Positions 19,690 through 29,515 of a stretch of 64,000 nucleotides of DNA are shown one piece after another. A model generated the notes under the pieces. It saw nothing but the letters and a program-made list of their open reading frames with translations. It ran no database searches and was not told the origin of the DNA. Source of the DNA: Candidatus Magasanikiibacteriota bacterium (GTDB taxonomy: Bacteria; Patescibacteriota; Patescibacteriia; Magasanikbacterales; UBA922). The stretch spans positions 24,802 to 88,801 of the forward strand of contig JBAQFA010000009.1 of the NCBI GenBank assembly GCA_049287025.1. The letters are read 5' to 3'. Numbering within the stretch: position 1 is the stretch's first letter; each line of letters opens with the position of its first letter. The position numbers and the translations under genes were made by a program.

Positions 19690-19790
19690 TTAGTAAATAG
19701 TAATTGTGGTGTATTCGTATAGATTTTGGATTATATATAATAATTTGGAAATATAAAATTACTATTTACAATTTACTAATTACAAAACAA
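19690..19790. repeat. Large imperfect inverted repeat with arms of about 30 bp
   Basis: TTGTAATTAGTAATTAGTAAATAGTAATTGT ... AATTACTATTTACAATTTACTAATTACAA. Confidence 0.6.
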
Positions 19791-19818
19791 CTTCAATATA
19801 GAATTTTGTTTTGTAATT

Positions 19819-20493
19819 ATGACTTCAGTTTTTCACAAAAAGAAATTAACAACACCTCGTCGGGTGTGTTTGCGTTTAAAAGAAGCGAGAATAAAAGCTG
19901 ATATTAGTTTGGAAGAAATTTCTAGAAAAACAAAAATTGATAAAAAACATTTACAAGCTTTGGAAGAGTGTCGGTTTAGAGATTTACCAGAAGCAGTTAT
20001 TTACCAAAAGAATTTTGTAAAAAAATATATTGAAGCACTCGGATTAGATTCAACTCCTTTTTTGTCCCAATATGATAGTGAAGAAAAAGTTAATAAAAAG
20101 AAAAAACATCCTCACTGTGCTATTAAAGAAAATTTTTTATCGCAACTGCCAATGCTTGGAAAATATTTTGTTATGATTTTGGTGGTGGCGATTTTGGCAA
20201 TTTATTTAATTTTTCAAGTGCGAAATATTATTGAACCACCTTTGCTCGAAGTTTTTTCACCACAAGATGGCTATGTGACTAGTGACTCGGTACTACCTGT
20301 TCGAGGTAAGACTGATAAAGGAGTAGAAATTTACGTTAACGGTAAAATGATTGGAGTAAATGAACAGGGAAATTTTGAGGAAAAAATTGATTTGAATTTA
20401 GGTGTGAATACTTTTATTATTTCGGCAAAAAAGAAACATGGTAAAGTGACAGAAATAACTCGGTATGTGGTTTATAAAGATACAGGTAATTAA
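19819..20493 (+). CDS. RodZ-like HTH membrane protein
   Basis: It has an N-terminal XRE-type HTH (RLKEARIKADISLEEISRKTKI), one TM helix and a C-terminal beta-rich domain. Confidence 0.5.
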   Translation: MTSVFHKKKLTTPRRVCLRLKEARIKADISLEEISRKTKIDKKHLQALEECRFRDLPEAVIYQKNFVKKYIEALGLDSTPFLSQYDSEEKVNKKKKHPHCAIKENFLSQLPMLGKYFVMILVVAILAIYLIFQVRNIIEPPLLEVFSPQDGYVTSDSVLPVRGKTDKGVEIYVNGKMIGVNEQGNFEEKIDLNLGVNTFIISAKKKHGKVTEITRYVVYKDTGN

Positions 20494-20600
20494 TTATTGT
20501 TTGTTGAAGTGAATTAAAATGTAGAGGAGTAAGGAATTAGGATAAGAAGCGGGAAAATTTTCTCGCCTCTAATTCCCAATTCCTAAATCCTGGTAGTTGT

Positions 20601-20629
20601 TGACACTTGTTTTACAAACCGGTATTATA
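20601..20629 (+). promoter_or_regulatory. Consensus sigma70 promoter TTGACA-17-TATTAT upstream of recA
   Basis: Both hexamers and the spacing are consensus. Confidence 0.6.
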
Positions 20630-20632
20630 TAG

Positions 20633-20662
20633 GGTGAGGGAGGAAAAAACCTCACTTTTTTA
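20633..20662 (+). promoter_or_regulatory. Terminator-like hairpin plus T-run inside the recA 5' UTR. It could be an attenuator.
   Basis: GTGAGG gaggaaaaaa CCTCAC TTTTTT lies 5 nt before the recA ATG. Confidence 0.4.
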
Positions 20663-20666
20663 ATCA

Positions 20667-21737
20667 ATGAATAATAAAAATATGCCAAAAAAAGAAGAAG
20701 ATATTAAATTAGGGGCGGCTCAGACTGCGATTGACCAAATTAAAGAAAAATATGGTGATGGAGCGATTATGAGATTTAGTGAATCACGCGCTATGGATGT
20801 GCCAGCTGTCTCCACTGGTTCAATCTCTCTTGATATTGCTCTTGGTGTCGGTGGTATGCCTAGAGGTAGAATTATAGAAGTATTTGGTCCAGAAGCCAGT
20901 GGTAAGACTACACTAGCACAACACATTGTATCTGAAGTACAAAAATTGGGGGGAATTGCTGCTTTTGTGGATGCCGAACACGCTCTAGACCCAGATTATG
21001 CTAGAAAGATTGGGGTGGATGTGGATAATTTATTAATTTCCCAACCTGACACTGGTGAACAAGCTCTGGAAATCGTGGAAACATTGGTTCGTTCTAATGC
21101 TGTGGATATTGTGGTGATTGACTCTGTCGCCGCTCTTGTACCAAAAGCAGAAATAGAAGGAGAAATGGGAGACTCACACATGGGTTTACAAGCTCGTTTG
21201 ATGAGTCAAGCTTTGCGCAAGTTGACTGGGATTGTTAGTAAAACAAAAACAATTGTGATTTTTATTAATCAGATCAGACATAAGATTGGTGTGTTTTTTG
21301 GCAATCCAGAAACGACAACTGGTGGTAATGCTCTAAAATTTTATTGTTCTGTACGGGTAGAAGTGCGTCGAGCTGCTCAGATTAAACAAGGTGATAAAAT
21401 TATTGGCAATCGGGTAAAAGTAAAAGTCGTAAAAAATAAAGTAGCCGCTCCATTCCGCACCACTGAATTTGATATCATGTATAATGAAGGCATCTCTCTA
21501 TCTGGAGATTTATTAGATACTGGTGTATTGCACAGAGTGATTAGTAAATCTGGTAATAGTTATGCTTATGGTGAAGAAAAACTTGGTGTTGGTAGAGAAA
21601 AAGCTAAACAATATTTACGAGAAAAGCCAGAATTGATGACAGAGGTTAAAGCCAAGATTTGGGAAGTGGTAAAAGCTGGTGAAGCTCCAGATGAGGAACA
21701 AGGTAATATTACTGATGATGTGAGTGTGGAAGAATAA
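20667..21737 (+). CDS. recA: Recombinase RecA
   Basis: Walker [12 protein letters not shown], the L1/L2 loops and an acidic C-terminal tail. Confidence 0.95.
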   Translation: MNNKNMPKKEEDIKLGAAQTAIDQIKEKYGDGAIMRFSESRAMDVPAVSTGSISLDIALGVGGMPRGRIIEVFGPEASGKTTLAQHIVSEVQKLGGIAAFVDAEHALDPDYARKIGVDVDNLLISQPDTGEQALEIVETLVRSNAVDIVVIDSVAALVPKAEIEGEMGDSHMGLQARLMSQALRKLTGIVSKTKTIVIFINQIRHKIGVFFGNPETTTGGNALKFYCSVRVEVRRAAQIKQGDKIIGNRVKVKVVKNKVAAPFRTTEFDIMYNEGISLSGDLLDTGVLHRVISKSGNSYAYGEEKLGVGREKAKQYLREKPELMTEVKAKIWEVVKAGEAPDEEQGNITDDVSVEE

Positions 21738-21783
21738 ATTCATGAAGCATGAAGTATATAACATGTAACATAAAATAATTAAA

Positions 21784-21808
21784 AAGCGGGCTTAAACCCG
21801 CTTTTTGT
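21784..21808. terminator. Bidirectional terminator between recA and ychF
   Basis: AAAAAGCGGGCTTAAACCCGCTTTTT. Confidence 0.6.
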
Positions 21809-21836
21809 TATGTGATATGTGTCTCGTGTTATGTGT

Positions 21837-22913
21837 TTAAGTCGCCACATGGAAATATACCGTATCACCATCCTTAACAATATAATCTTTTCCTTCCAAT
21901 CTTAATTTTCCAGAAGTTTTGATTCCACTCCAACCACCATGTTCAACAAAATCTTTCCAATCACACACATCAGCTTTGATATAACCTTTTATAAAATCAG
22001 TATGAATCACCCCAGCCGCTTCTGGACCTTTGGCGCCAGACTTCACTGTCCAAGCTCTAGTTTCTGGTTCGCCACTGGTTAAAAATGTGACAAGGTTTAG
22101 TAATTTATAACTTTCAGTAATCAATTTATCCAAACCACTTTTTTCCATACCTAGCTCTTTCATATATTCTTTTAATTCTTCGCCATTCAGATCAGCTAGT
22201 TCTGCTTCCAATTTAGCACAGACAATAATTTGTGGAATACCTTCTTCTATCTGCGGAATTTGGGCATTCAAATTTGAAGTTTCATCTACATTTATTACAT
22301 AGAGCATGGGTTTCATAGTGAGCAAGTGCATGTCTTTCATTATGAGCATCTCATCTTCAGTGTATTCAAGCGCGCGCGCTGGTTTGCCAGCTTCTAGTTG
22401 TTTAAAAACTTTTTCTAAAACATCAATTTCTTTTTGCGCATCTTTCAAAGCTGTCCCCTTGGCGTTCTTTTTCGTTTTATCTAGGCGCTTACTCACAGTT
22501 TGCCAGTCGGCTAGGACTAATTCAAGATTTATTACCCCAGCATCTTCAGTTGGATCTACTTTGCCCGCCACGTGAATAATATTGTTATCAGTAAAATTTC
22601 TTACTACCTGAACAATAGCATCAGTTTCCCGAATGTGAGACAAAAATTGATTACCTAGGCCTTCACCTTCACTAGCGCCTTTGACTAGACCAGCAATATC
22701 ATAAAATTCTATGGCTGTTGGGATAATTTTTTTTGATTTAGAAACTTGAGCCAGTTTTTCCAACCGTTCATCTGGTACCTCAACAATCCCGATATTTGGT
22801 TCAATCGTACAAAAAGGATAATTTTGAGCATCAGCTTGTTTGCTACGAGTGAGAGCGTTGAATAGAGTAGATTTTCCTACATTGGGTAGGCCGACGATTC
22901 CAAGTGATAACAT
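21837..22913 (-). CDS. ychF: Ribosome-binding ATPase YchF
   Basis: G1 motif GLPNVGKST and a TGS domain at the C-terminus. Confidence 0.9.
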   Translation of the reverse strand: MLSLGIVGLPNVGKSTLFNALTRSKQADAQNYPFCTIEPNIGIVEVPDERLEKLAQVSKSKKIIPTAIEFYDIAGLVKGASEGEGLGNQFLSHIRETDAIVQVVRNFTDNNIIHVAGKVDPTEDAGVINLELVLADWQTVSKRLDKTKKNAKGTALKDAQKEIDVLEKVFKQLEAGKPARALEYTEDEMLIMKDMHLLTMKPMLYVINVDETSNLNAQIPQIEEGIPQIIVCAKLEAELADLNGEELKEYMKELGMEKSGLDKLITESYKLLNLVTFLTSGEPETRAWTVKSGAKGPEAAGVIHTDFIKGYIKADVCDWKDFVEHGGWSGIKTSGKLRLEGKDYIVKDGDTVYFHVAT

Positions 22914-22940
22914 AAATTTTATAATTATTTAAAAAATTTT

Positions 22941-23834
22941 TTATTTAGTTTTTGTAAGATAGTATTGCAATGGTGCTAGAATTACATTGGTAGCGACAAT
23001 ATATGCCACGACACCAAGCAAAGCCGTTGAATCAAAACTATTTAGGGCAAGTACCGTTGCCAAACCAGTATTTTTATAAAAATTAGTGATTGACCAGGTA
23101 ATTTTTTCTTCTTTGCTTCGGCCAAATAAATTTCCCAAAATGATTTGGATAATTGCAATCAATAAAATAATTAGTAATGCTATTAAAAAAGAATGATTTT
23201 GCCAGGAAATTAAATAAGCTACTGGCGCTATTCCACCCCAATTAAGCATCGCTACAAAAATGGTATTGGATGATGTAATATATTTTTCCAAAAATTTATT
23301 CCATTTAAAATATTTAATAATTTCTGCCAAAATAATCGGAATAATCACTAACTTAAACACCAACCAAAACATTGATAAAATATTTATATCAATTACTTTG
23401 TGCACAAAAAGCCAGACAGTTGCTGGTATCAAAATTGGTGCTAGTAAATGTGCCAATGTAGTCGTGATTAATGCTTTGGTTGGTTGACCTTTGAAGATTA
23501 TAGAAAAAGCGACTACCGAAATTCCACAAGGTAGAGCAGCCGTTAATATCAGACCGAGATAAATATCTGAATTAAGATGAAGAAATTTTTGACAGAGAAA
23601 AATTAAAAAAGTTGAAAATAAATAAATATTTATTAAAACTAAGACATAACGCCACCAATCATGTTTAAAATTTTTTAGTTCCTTCAAATCAATTTTAAGT
23701 GAACTTAAGGTCATCATGACCATAAGAATTATTGTCAGCCAATTTTTAAATATTAGACCCGGAGCCTGCCAAACATAGCCCAAAATTATTGAGAATAAAA
23801 TTATCAGCCAAAAATATTTTTGTGTAAAATTCAT
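22941..23834 (-). CDS. Polytopic membrane transporter, possibly of the BASS/SBF family
   Basis: 297 aa with about 9-10 TM helices. The family assignment is tentative. Confidence 0.4.
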   Translation of the reverse strand: MNFTQKYFWLIILFSIILGYVWQAPGLIFKNWLTIILMVMMTLSSLKIDLKELKNFKHDWWRYVLVLINIYLFSTFLIFLCQKFLHLNSDIYLGLILTAALPCGISVVAFSIIFKGQPTKALITTTLAHLLAPILIPATVWLFVHKVIDINILSMFWLVFKLVIIPIILAEIIKYFKWNKFLEKYITSSNTIFVAMLNWGGIAPVAYLISWQNHSFLIALLIILLIAIIQIILGNLFGRSKEEKITWSITNFYKNTGLATVLALNSFDSTALLGVVAYIVATNVILAPLQYYLTKTK

Positions 23835-23884
23835 AAGATAATAATATGGGCATATTTTAGGTCTTTTTTAATTAAAAGTCAAAC

Positions 23885-23925
23885 AAAAATCCCCCTCTTT
23901 TTTAAAAAAAGAGGGGGATTTAGGT
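23885..23925. terminator. Bidirectional terminator
   Basis: AAATCCCCCTCTTTTTTAAAAAAAGAGGGGGATTT. Confidence 0.6.
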
Positions 23926-23932
23926 AATATAA

Positions 23933-26299
23933 TTATTTTTCTAAGACGGGGTGTTGGCCAAACTGACCACGTAGAGCCGAGACTATTTGGCCAGTATAAT
24001 CTGGATTTTTCTGAGATTGCTTTCTAAATTTGAGTGATTCTTCAATTACTTTGGTCTTTATTTTCATGGCCTTGGCAGTTTTAATGGTCCACTCGCCTTC
24101 TCCAGAATGAGATACTTTACCACTAATTTTTTCTAAATTAGTACCGTAAGTATGAAAGGCTTCATGGAGCCAACCAACCAGACGGGATTCAATTACACTA
24201 CCCTCATTATATATGTCAGCAATGCGGTGTAGATCTAGTTTATAATCAGACTTTTTTAGAACATTAAATCCCTCGCCAATGGCTTGCATCATGCCATACT
24301 CAATTCCATTGTGAATCATTTTTACAAAGTGGCCAGCACCAGCGCCAGAAAAAAACTGATAACCATTCACTTGAGACATGTCTTTAAAAATTGGTTCACA
24401 ATGTTCAAATAATTTTTTCTCCCCGCCGATCATAATGCAGGCGCCATTTCTCGCTCCACCTGGACCACCCGATACCCCAGCATCGAGAAATTTAATACCC
24501 AGCTTTTTTAATTTATTGGCTCGAACAGTCGTATCTTTAAAATATGAATTACCGCCGTCAATAATGATGTCGCCTTTATCTAATTTTTTTACTATTCCTT
24601 CTTTACCAAACAAAGTCTCATCAATTGGTTTGCCATTGGGAAGCATGAGCCAGATAATGCGTGGGCTAGGTAATTTTTTTATCATGTCTTCTAATGAATA
24701 TACCGCGTTCAAATTTTCTTTGGCCATTTGTCTGGTCACTTCAGCGGTGCGATTATAACCAACTACATACCAACCCTTGTCAATTAATCTTCTGGCAAGA
24801 TTGCCACCCATTTTTCCTAAACCAATAATACCAATGCGTTTATTTAGTTTATGTTTTTCTTCTTCTAGAAAATTTTTCGCAGTTTTCGTAATTTCAAAAG
24901 TATCTGGTTTGTAAGTATGGAGTGGAGTTAAATTATTTTTCCAAGCATTAATAATTGGATCAACCACACGCCACATTTGAGCAATTTCGGCATTTCTCAT
25001 AAACCAAGTTTGATTACCAGCAATAGTGTCATGGAGTAATTTGGCGTATTCTTCTACATAGGGCAATTTGGTTTTATTTTTATGCAACATAAAAACAAAT
25101 TCTCGTTTTTCCAATTGCATATCAAAACCAGGTTTTCTTTGCCAAAATTGAATTTTTATTTCTTGCGTGGGGTGAAGTTTAAAAATTATTTTATTTTGCA
25201 CTGGACCAGCCGGTGGGCAAATGCAGGGTTCTGGGTGGCGGAAAGTGACGACAATTTCTTTTTTCACTTGTCCCATCCGTTTGCCACTTTCAATTGTAAT
25301 GGGTACGCCAGTCCAACGCGGTGAATCAAGTTCGGTCTGCCAACGGAAATATGTTTCCACATTAGAATTTTTATTTACCCCAGTAATATTTTTATAACCA
25401 TCATATTGGGCGCGGAAAGTTTTGGTTTTTATATCTTGCAAGCTAGGTTTAATTAATTGTTTCAAAACTTCTGCCCGAGCATTGCGCACTTCTTTGTCAG
25501 TATAGTTAATTGGATGCTCCATAGTTAAGAGCGCGAGAATAGACAGCAAATGGTTTTGTCCGACATCACGCAAAGCCCCGACACTTTCATAAAACGATCC
25601 TCTGGTTTCTACTCCAATTTCCTCCCACAGTTTCATACTAATTCTTTCAATATGCTTGTTGTTCCAAGCGTTTTCAAATAAGCCATTAGAAAAACGGAAA
25701 TTTAATATTCCCTGAACCATTTCTTTACCAAAATAGTGATCAATTCTATAAATTTGTTCACGTTTAAAAACTGATAAAGTTTTTTCTAATTCTTTGGCAG
25801 AGGCACCATCATCACCAAACGGTTTTTCTACAATCACTCTAGCCCAACCAGTACTGTCATCACAGGGCAGATTTAATTTGGTTTCTTTCAATCCCTTGGC
25901 AATCGGTTTGATCATGGCTGGTGGAACAGCTAAGTAATACAATTTGTTAGCACAAATCCCCCATTGATCCTGAATATTTTGAATGTGGCTTTTTAATTCA
26001 GTATAATCTTGCAATTGGGAAAAATCGCCTTGTTCATAATGAAAGAGTTTTAAAAATTTTTCAATTGGTTGTCGGGTTTTAACAAATTCTTTTTCTTTTA
26101 AAATATTAAAAACATGGGTTCTAAATTCTTCATCACTCATTGCTCGGCGGGCAAATCCTAAGACATCAAAATGAACTGGAAGTTTTTTTTGTTTGTATAA
26201 AAAATATAATGAAGGGACAATTTTTTTTGTCATAAGGTCGCCAGTGGCACCAAAAACAGTAAAAATTGTTGGAACATTATCAAAGTATGGTTGTTTCAT
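23933..26299 (-). CDS. Fused glucose-6-phosphate dehydrogenase (N-terminal) and short-type 6-phosphogluconate dehydrogenase (C-terminal)
   Basis: The N-terminal ~480 aa carry G6PD motifs (GATGDL..K, EKPFG, RIDHYFGKE). The C-terminal ~300 aa carry GIIGLGKMGGNLARRL and a GndA-like decarboxylating 6PGDH domain. This is a single uninterrupted 788-aa ORF. Confidence 0.8.
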   Translation of the reverse strand: MKQPYFDNVPTIFTVFGATGDLMTKKIVPSLYFLYKQKKLPVHFDVLGFARRAMSDEEFRTHVFNILKEKEFVKTRQPIEKFLKLFHYEQGDFSQLQDYTELKSHIQNIQDQWGICANKLYYLAVPPAMIKPIAKGLKETKLNLPCDDSTGWARVIVEKPFGDDGASAKELEKTLSVFKREQIYRIDHYFGKEMVQGILNFRFSNGLFENAWNNKHIERISMKLWEEIGVETRGSFYESVGALRDVGQNHLLSILALLTMEHPINYTDKEVRNARAEVLKQLIKPSLQDIKTKTFRAQYDGYKNITGVNKNSNVETYFRWQTELDSPRWTGVPITIESGKRMGQVKKEIVVTFRHPEPCICPPAGPVQNKIIFKLHPTQEIKIQFWQRKPGFDMQLEKREFVFMLHKNKTKLPYVEEYAKLLHDTIAGNQTWFMRNAEIAQMWRVVDPIINAWKNNLTPLHTYKPDTFEITKTAKNFLEEEKHKLNKRIGIIGLGKMGGNLARRLIDKGWYVVGYNRTAEVTRQMAKENLNAVYSLEDMIKKLPSPRIIWLMLPNGKPIDETLFGKEGIVKKLDKGDIIIDGGNSYFKDTTVRANKLKKLGIKFLDAGVSGGPGGARNGACIMIGGEKKLFEHCEPIFKDMSQVNGYQFFSGAGAGHFVKMIHNGIEYGMMQAIGEGFNVLKKSDYKLDLHRIADIYNEGSVIESRLVGWLHEAFHTYGTNLEKISGKVSHSGEGEWTIKTAKAMKIKTKVIEESLKFRKQSQKNPDYTGQIVSALRGQFGQHPVLEK

Positions 26300-26542
26300 A
26301 AATTAGTAATTAGGTTTTAGTAAAACATTCTAATATGGTATGTAATATTATACTTTTATTTTTATCTACAATCAATATGTGGATATGGCATTAGTTGTCC
26401 TTACTTTTTGTAACCAATCCCGATTTTATCGGGACAAACAGTTTCGCCCCCGGACCCCCTTGGTGAGTTTGCTTGGTTTTAATTAATAATAAACCTTACA
26501 AGGTTTATTATGTGTTTCGTGGTTTGTGGTTTGTGGTTTGTG

Positions 26543-27505
26543 TTATTCTACAATTGCTTTCATTTCTTTATTAAATACAGCACTAGCTCGTTTCATGTAA
26601 TCTTCTATATTATCAGCAAAGTATGGTGGATATTGACTTTGAATTTTTCCAATTACATAATAGACTACTGCCATGAGAGTGGCATAGTTGGCATTATTTG
26701 GTAATGGGAAATACAGACGATTTTTTTCTAAGCCGTAATGTTTGTTTTCAATACCAAAACTAATAAATAATTCCGTGTCAGACATAACAACATTTTTGGC
26801 GTGCATACTTTGATCTATAGTAAAAACCCTGCCAGACACTTTTGGTTGAAGGAGTTCATCAAACTTGGTTAAAAACATGTCGCGTATAGCATCAAACCTA
26901 CTCTCAACTAAAATATAGTAAGAATCAAACTTGGAAAAATTGTTAGGGATTAAAGGGTTAATTTTTGTTTTTAAAAAATTATAAATATCTTCAGCGCTTT
27001 CTCCAGTATGTCCTATGATCATCCCCATATAAGTGCTCGTGTTGTAAGTATAAGGTTCTTTGTTTTTCGGAAAGACAAATACTTTGTCGTCATCCAAATA
27101 TTCTTTGGCTGGAGCTTTTGGATTGTTTGTTAGGAGTCTGGTTTCAATATTTTTTTCTTTAAAAAATCTGGCCATCTCAATGGCATGTTTGTCACCAGAA
27201 GCCGAAATCAAAATTATTCCATCAATTCCTTTTATATTCTCAAATTTTTGTTTATAGTCACTCTCATTGGCAAGTATGGCATCACTATTTTCAAATAATA
27301 TTTTGCCAGTAAAAAAAGCATTCACACTACCCACTACCATTGGTCTTTTGTAATTACCCAGATTAAGCTTTGGTACACCTTGAGAGATGAATAATTCTAG
27401 TGCTCCCATGACTGCTACATCTAAATTCGGAATATTTTTTAAAGTAAAATTTTGCATGGTTTGTAAATTTGTCATATTTCTATATTTATTATTTAACCCT
27501 ACCAT
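26543..27505 (-). CDS. Hypothetical protein, possibly a SIS-domain sugar-phosphate isomerase
   Basis: A ..GIILISASGDKHAIEMA.. SIS-like segment is present, in a pentose-phosphate context. The call is weak. Confidence 0.3.
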   Translation of the reverse strand: MVGLNNKYRNMTNLQTMQNFTLKNIPNLDVAVMGALELFISQGVPKLNLGNYKRPMVVGSVNAFFTGKILFENSDAILANESDYKQKFENIKGIDGIILISASGDKHAIEMARFFKEKNIETRLLTNNPKAPAKEYLDDDKVFVFPKNKEPYTYNTSTYMGMIIGHTGESAEDIYNFLKTKINPLIPNNFSKFDSYYILVESRFDAIRDMFLTKFDELLQPKVSGRVFTIDQSMHAKNVVMSDTELFISFGIENKHYGLEKNRLYFPLPNNANYATLMAVVYYVIGKIQSQYPPYFADNIEDYMKRASAVFNKEMKAIVE

Positions 27506-27584
27506 TATATATCTTATAACTATATATGAAAAGTGTGGATACTTGATTTATTTTTTTATATATGGTATTATGTTTGTGATTTAT

Positions 27585-27661
27585 GGGCCGTTAGCTCAGC
27601 TGGCTAGAGCGCTTCCATGGCATGGAAGAGGTCGCAGGTTCAATTCCTGTACGGTCCACAA
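27585..27661 (+). tRNA. tRNA-Ala(GGC)
   Basis: The cloverleaf was folded by hand. The anticodon loop is ATGGCAT with the G3:U70 Ala identity pair. The T-loop is GGTTCAATTCC. CCA is not encoded. Confidence 0.75.
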
Positions 27662-28099
27662 TATGAGGGGGTATCTTTACTTTATTAGGAGCTGTAATTG
27701 TAAAAGACCTTTACTATCCACTAAATCACTTTTTATAGTGATTTTTTATTTAGGTTTATATATATTATTGTACGACGCATATATATAGCTTTAATTAGTG
27801 TAATAAAACTAAAATTACTACTTAACTACCTATTTTATCCCCTATTTGTTCTTTGTGGAACAATTTCAGTGAACAGTGGCCAGTATGCAGTATTCATAAA
27901 ATACTAAATTATAAAAAATACGTTAGTTTTATTGTAGACTGAAAATTTGGTGTTGTTGTTCTTGCGATCTGATTTGTTGGGAAGCATATTTATAATTAAT
28001 ATGTTCTATGTGGAACAATTATTTATGGTTTATACACAGATAGTGGCACTTATACACAAAAATATCCACTTTTGTGGATATTTGTATAGGATATTGTAG

Positions 28100-28176
28100 A
28101 CAATAATACAAAATACAATATACACGGAGCAAAATACAAAATCTATGTTGTTGTTTGTATATTGTATTTTGTTTTT
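28100..28176. repeat. Palindromic AT-rich element. A second copy lies at 53548-53628.
   Basis: AATACAAAATACAATATA ... TATATTGTATTTTGTTTTTGTGGAC. Its 24-nt right arm is nearly identical to 53603-53628. Confidence 0.55.
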
Positions 28177-28177
28177 G

Positions 28178-28249
28178 TGGACCTAGGCAGAATCGAACTG
28201 CCGTCTCAGCAATGCGAATGCTATATATTACCACTATACTATAGGCCCG
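28178..28249 (-). tRNA. tRNA-Ala(CGC)
   Basis: Anticodon loop TTCGCAT, G3:U70, T-arm GGCAGTTCGATTCTGCC. Confidence 0.7.
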
Positions 28250-28254
28250 CTTAG

Positions 28255-28326
28255 TGCCCCCAGCATGAATTGAACACACATCTTGTCCTTAGGACGGACC
28301 TGTTCTATCCGTTGAACTATGGGGGC
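28255..28326 (-). tRNA. tRNA-Arg(CCT)
   Basis: Acceptor GCCCCCA/TGGGGGC, anticodon loop GTCCTAA, T-loop TTCAATT. Confidence 0.65.
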
Positions 28327-28373
28327 ATAATTTGTTAGACAATCTTATCACTTCTTTTTCTTTTTGGCAAGCC

Positions 28374-29123
28374 TTATTTTATCTCTGGGCAATGATCCCA
28401 CATAAATTTAAACCAGGTTTTATAGCTAGTGGCCAGTGGACGACTAATATTTACAAAAATGGTAATATCGTCACTAATCTTTGTTATTCCGGCGCCAGTA
28501 AAAGACACAACATGATCACCAAAAATGTCTACCATTGAAGGCGTAGAATATTCTTTAGGTAGGTATTTGTAAGGTTTACCTACGGCTTTTGGTACATGAG
28601 GAGCTTGTTTTAGTACTTCAAAATCAAATAAATGTTTATATTTAATACCTCGACGATCCGCATCAACTAAAAATTTATCCAAAAAGGTATTGAGTCTTGG
28701 GTCGAACCAGGCTCCCTTGGCGCCAATACAATAAACATCTTCTTTAGTAGATAATACATCACGAAGAAAATTTTTAAATCCTTCCAGACCTTTATATATG
28801 TAGGCAGCCTCTAAAACAGGATGTTTTTGGTATTCGTGCATCAAGTGTGGCATTTCTTTTTCTAGCCTAGTACGTTTTTCATCAACCAGTTCCATTAGCT
28901 TGGCTGGTTCCACTGGTTTAAATAAAGTGTCGCCATGCCCAATAACTTGAAACACTAAACCTTTTTCAATTAAGCGATTCATTGAGTCATAAATATTCCG
29001 GCGATGAATTTTACTTTTTTTTGAAATATTAGAAACCGTAGTTTGTTTTTCTTGTAAAAGTGTTTCGTAAATTTTGGCTTCGTTTATTGACAATCCTAGT
29101 TCTGTTAAAATTTGGCTATACAT
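28374..29123 (-). CDS. TrmB-family regulator paralog A. Its C-terminus is divergent or truncated.
   Basis: N-terminus LGLSINEAKIYETLLQEKQTTVSNISKKSKIHRRNIYDSMNRLIEKGLV. The Lys-rich tail seen in paralogs B and C lies after an in-frame TAA stop. The gene is immediately adjacent to tRNA-Arg. Confidence 0.7.
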   Translation of the reverse strand: MYSQILTELGLSINEAKIYETLLQEKQTTVSNISKKSKIHRRNIYDSMNRLIEKGLVFQVIGHGDTLFKPVEPAKLMELVDEKRTRLEKEMPHLMHEYQKHPVLEAAYIYKGLEGFKNFLRDVLSTKEDVYCIGAKGAWFDPRLNTFLDKFLVDADRRGIKYKHLFDFEVLKQAPHVPKAVGKPYKYLPKEYSTPSMVDIFGDHVVSFTGAGITKISDDITIFVNISRPLATSYKTWFKFMWDHCPEIK

Positions 29124-29139
29124 AGCAAAAATATATTAA

Positions 29140-29170
29140 AGTGGTGTGAAGCCACACCACGTGGTGGTAT
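29140..29170. promoter_or_regulatory. Perfect palindrome in the TrmB-A/cassette-1 divergent region. It is a candidate operator.
   Basis: TGGTGTG aagc CACACCA. Confidence 0.4.
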
Positions 29171-29296
29171 TTGCCACTCTTTATATATTATATATAATGC
29201 CTTGTTACTTTGCAAGCCGCTGCTGTGCATAAAAGCTAGATGGTGAGCGGGTAATAAGGGGTTCTTTGATAAAACAATTTGAGAAGCGAGGGACAA

Positions 29297-29479
29297 ATGG
29301 AAACTGGAGAAAGGCAAGATGAAGTTACTTGTTTGAAGAAAGAGTTGGAACATGACAAAGATGAGATATATTATTTGCGTTTGGCTATCCTTAATTTGAA
29401 TAGGAAAAAGGAGTATGTCAGAATGCAAAGGATGTTCCGTGGTGGAGAAGCTGTTCTCGACATGTGGGCGCGCTATTAA
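29297..29479 (+). CDS. GC-rich cassette 1a: small helical hypothetical protein
   Basis: About 61 aa, GC-rich, same strand as 1b. Confidence 0.35.
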   Translation: METGERQDEVTCLKKELEHDKDEIYYLRLAILNLNRKKEYVRMQRMFRGGEAVLDMWARY

Positions 29480-29515
29480 CACGGGAGAGGGCTGAAAAAG
29501 CCTAAGGAGGACCTC

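Noticed and set aside
26510-26545. GTGGTTTGTGGTTTGTGGTT tandem repeat
   Set aside because: It lies at the end of the 26543-27505 gene and its flank. It is a simple slippage repeat and is too short to be a CRISPR or a regulatory array.
28019-28279. 86-aa minus-strand ORF
   Set aside because: It overlaps tRNA-Ala(CGC) and tRNA-Arg and lies in repeat-rich spacer DNA. It is spurious.
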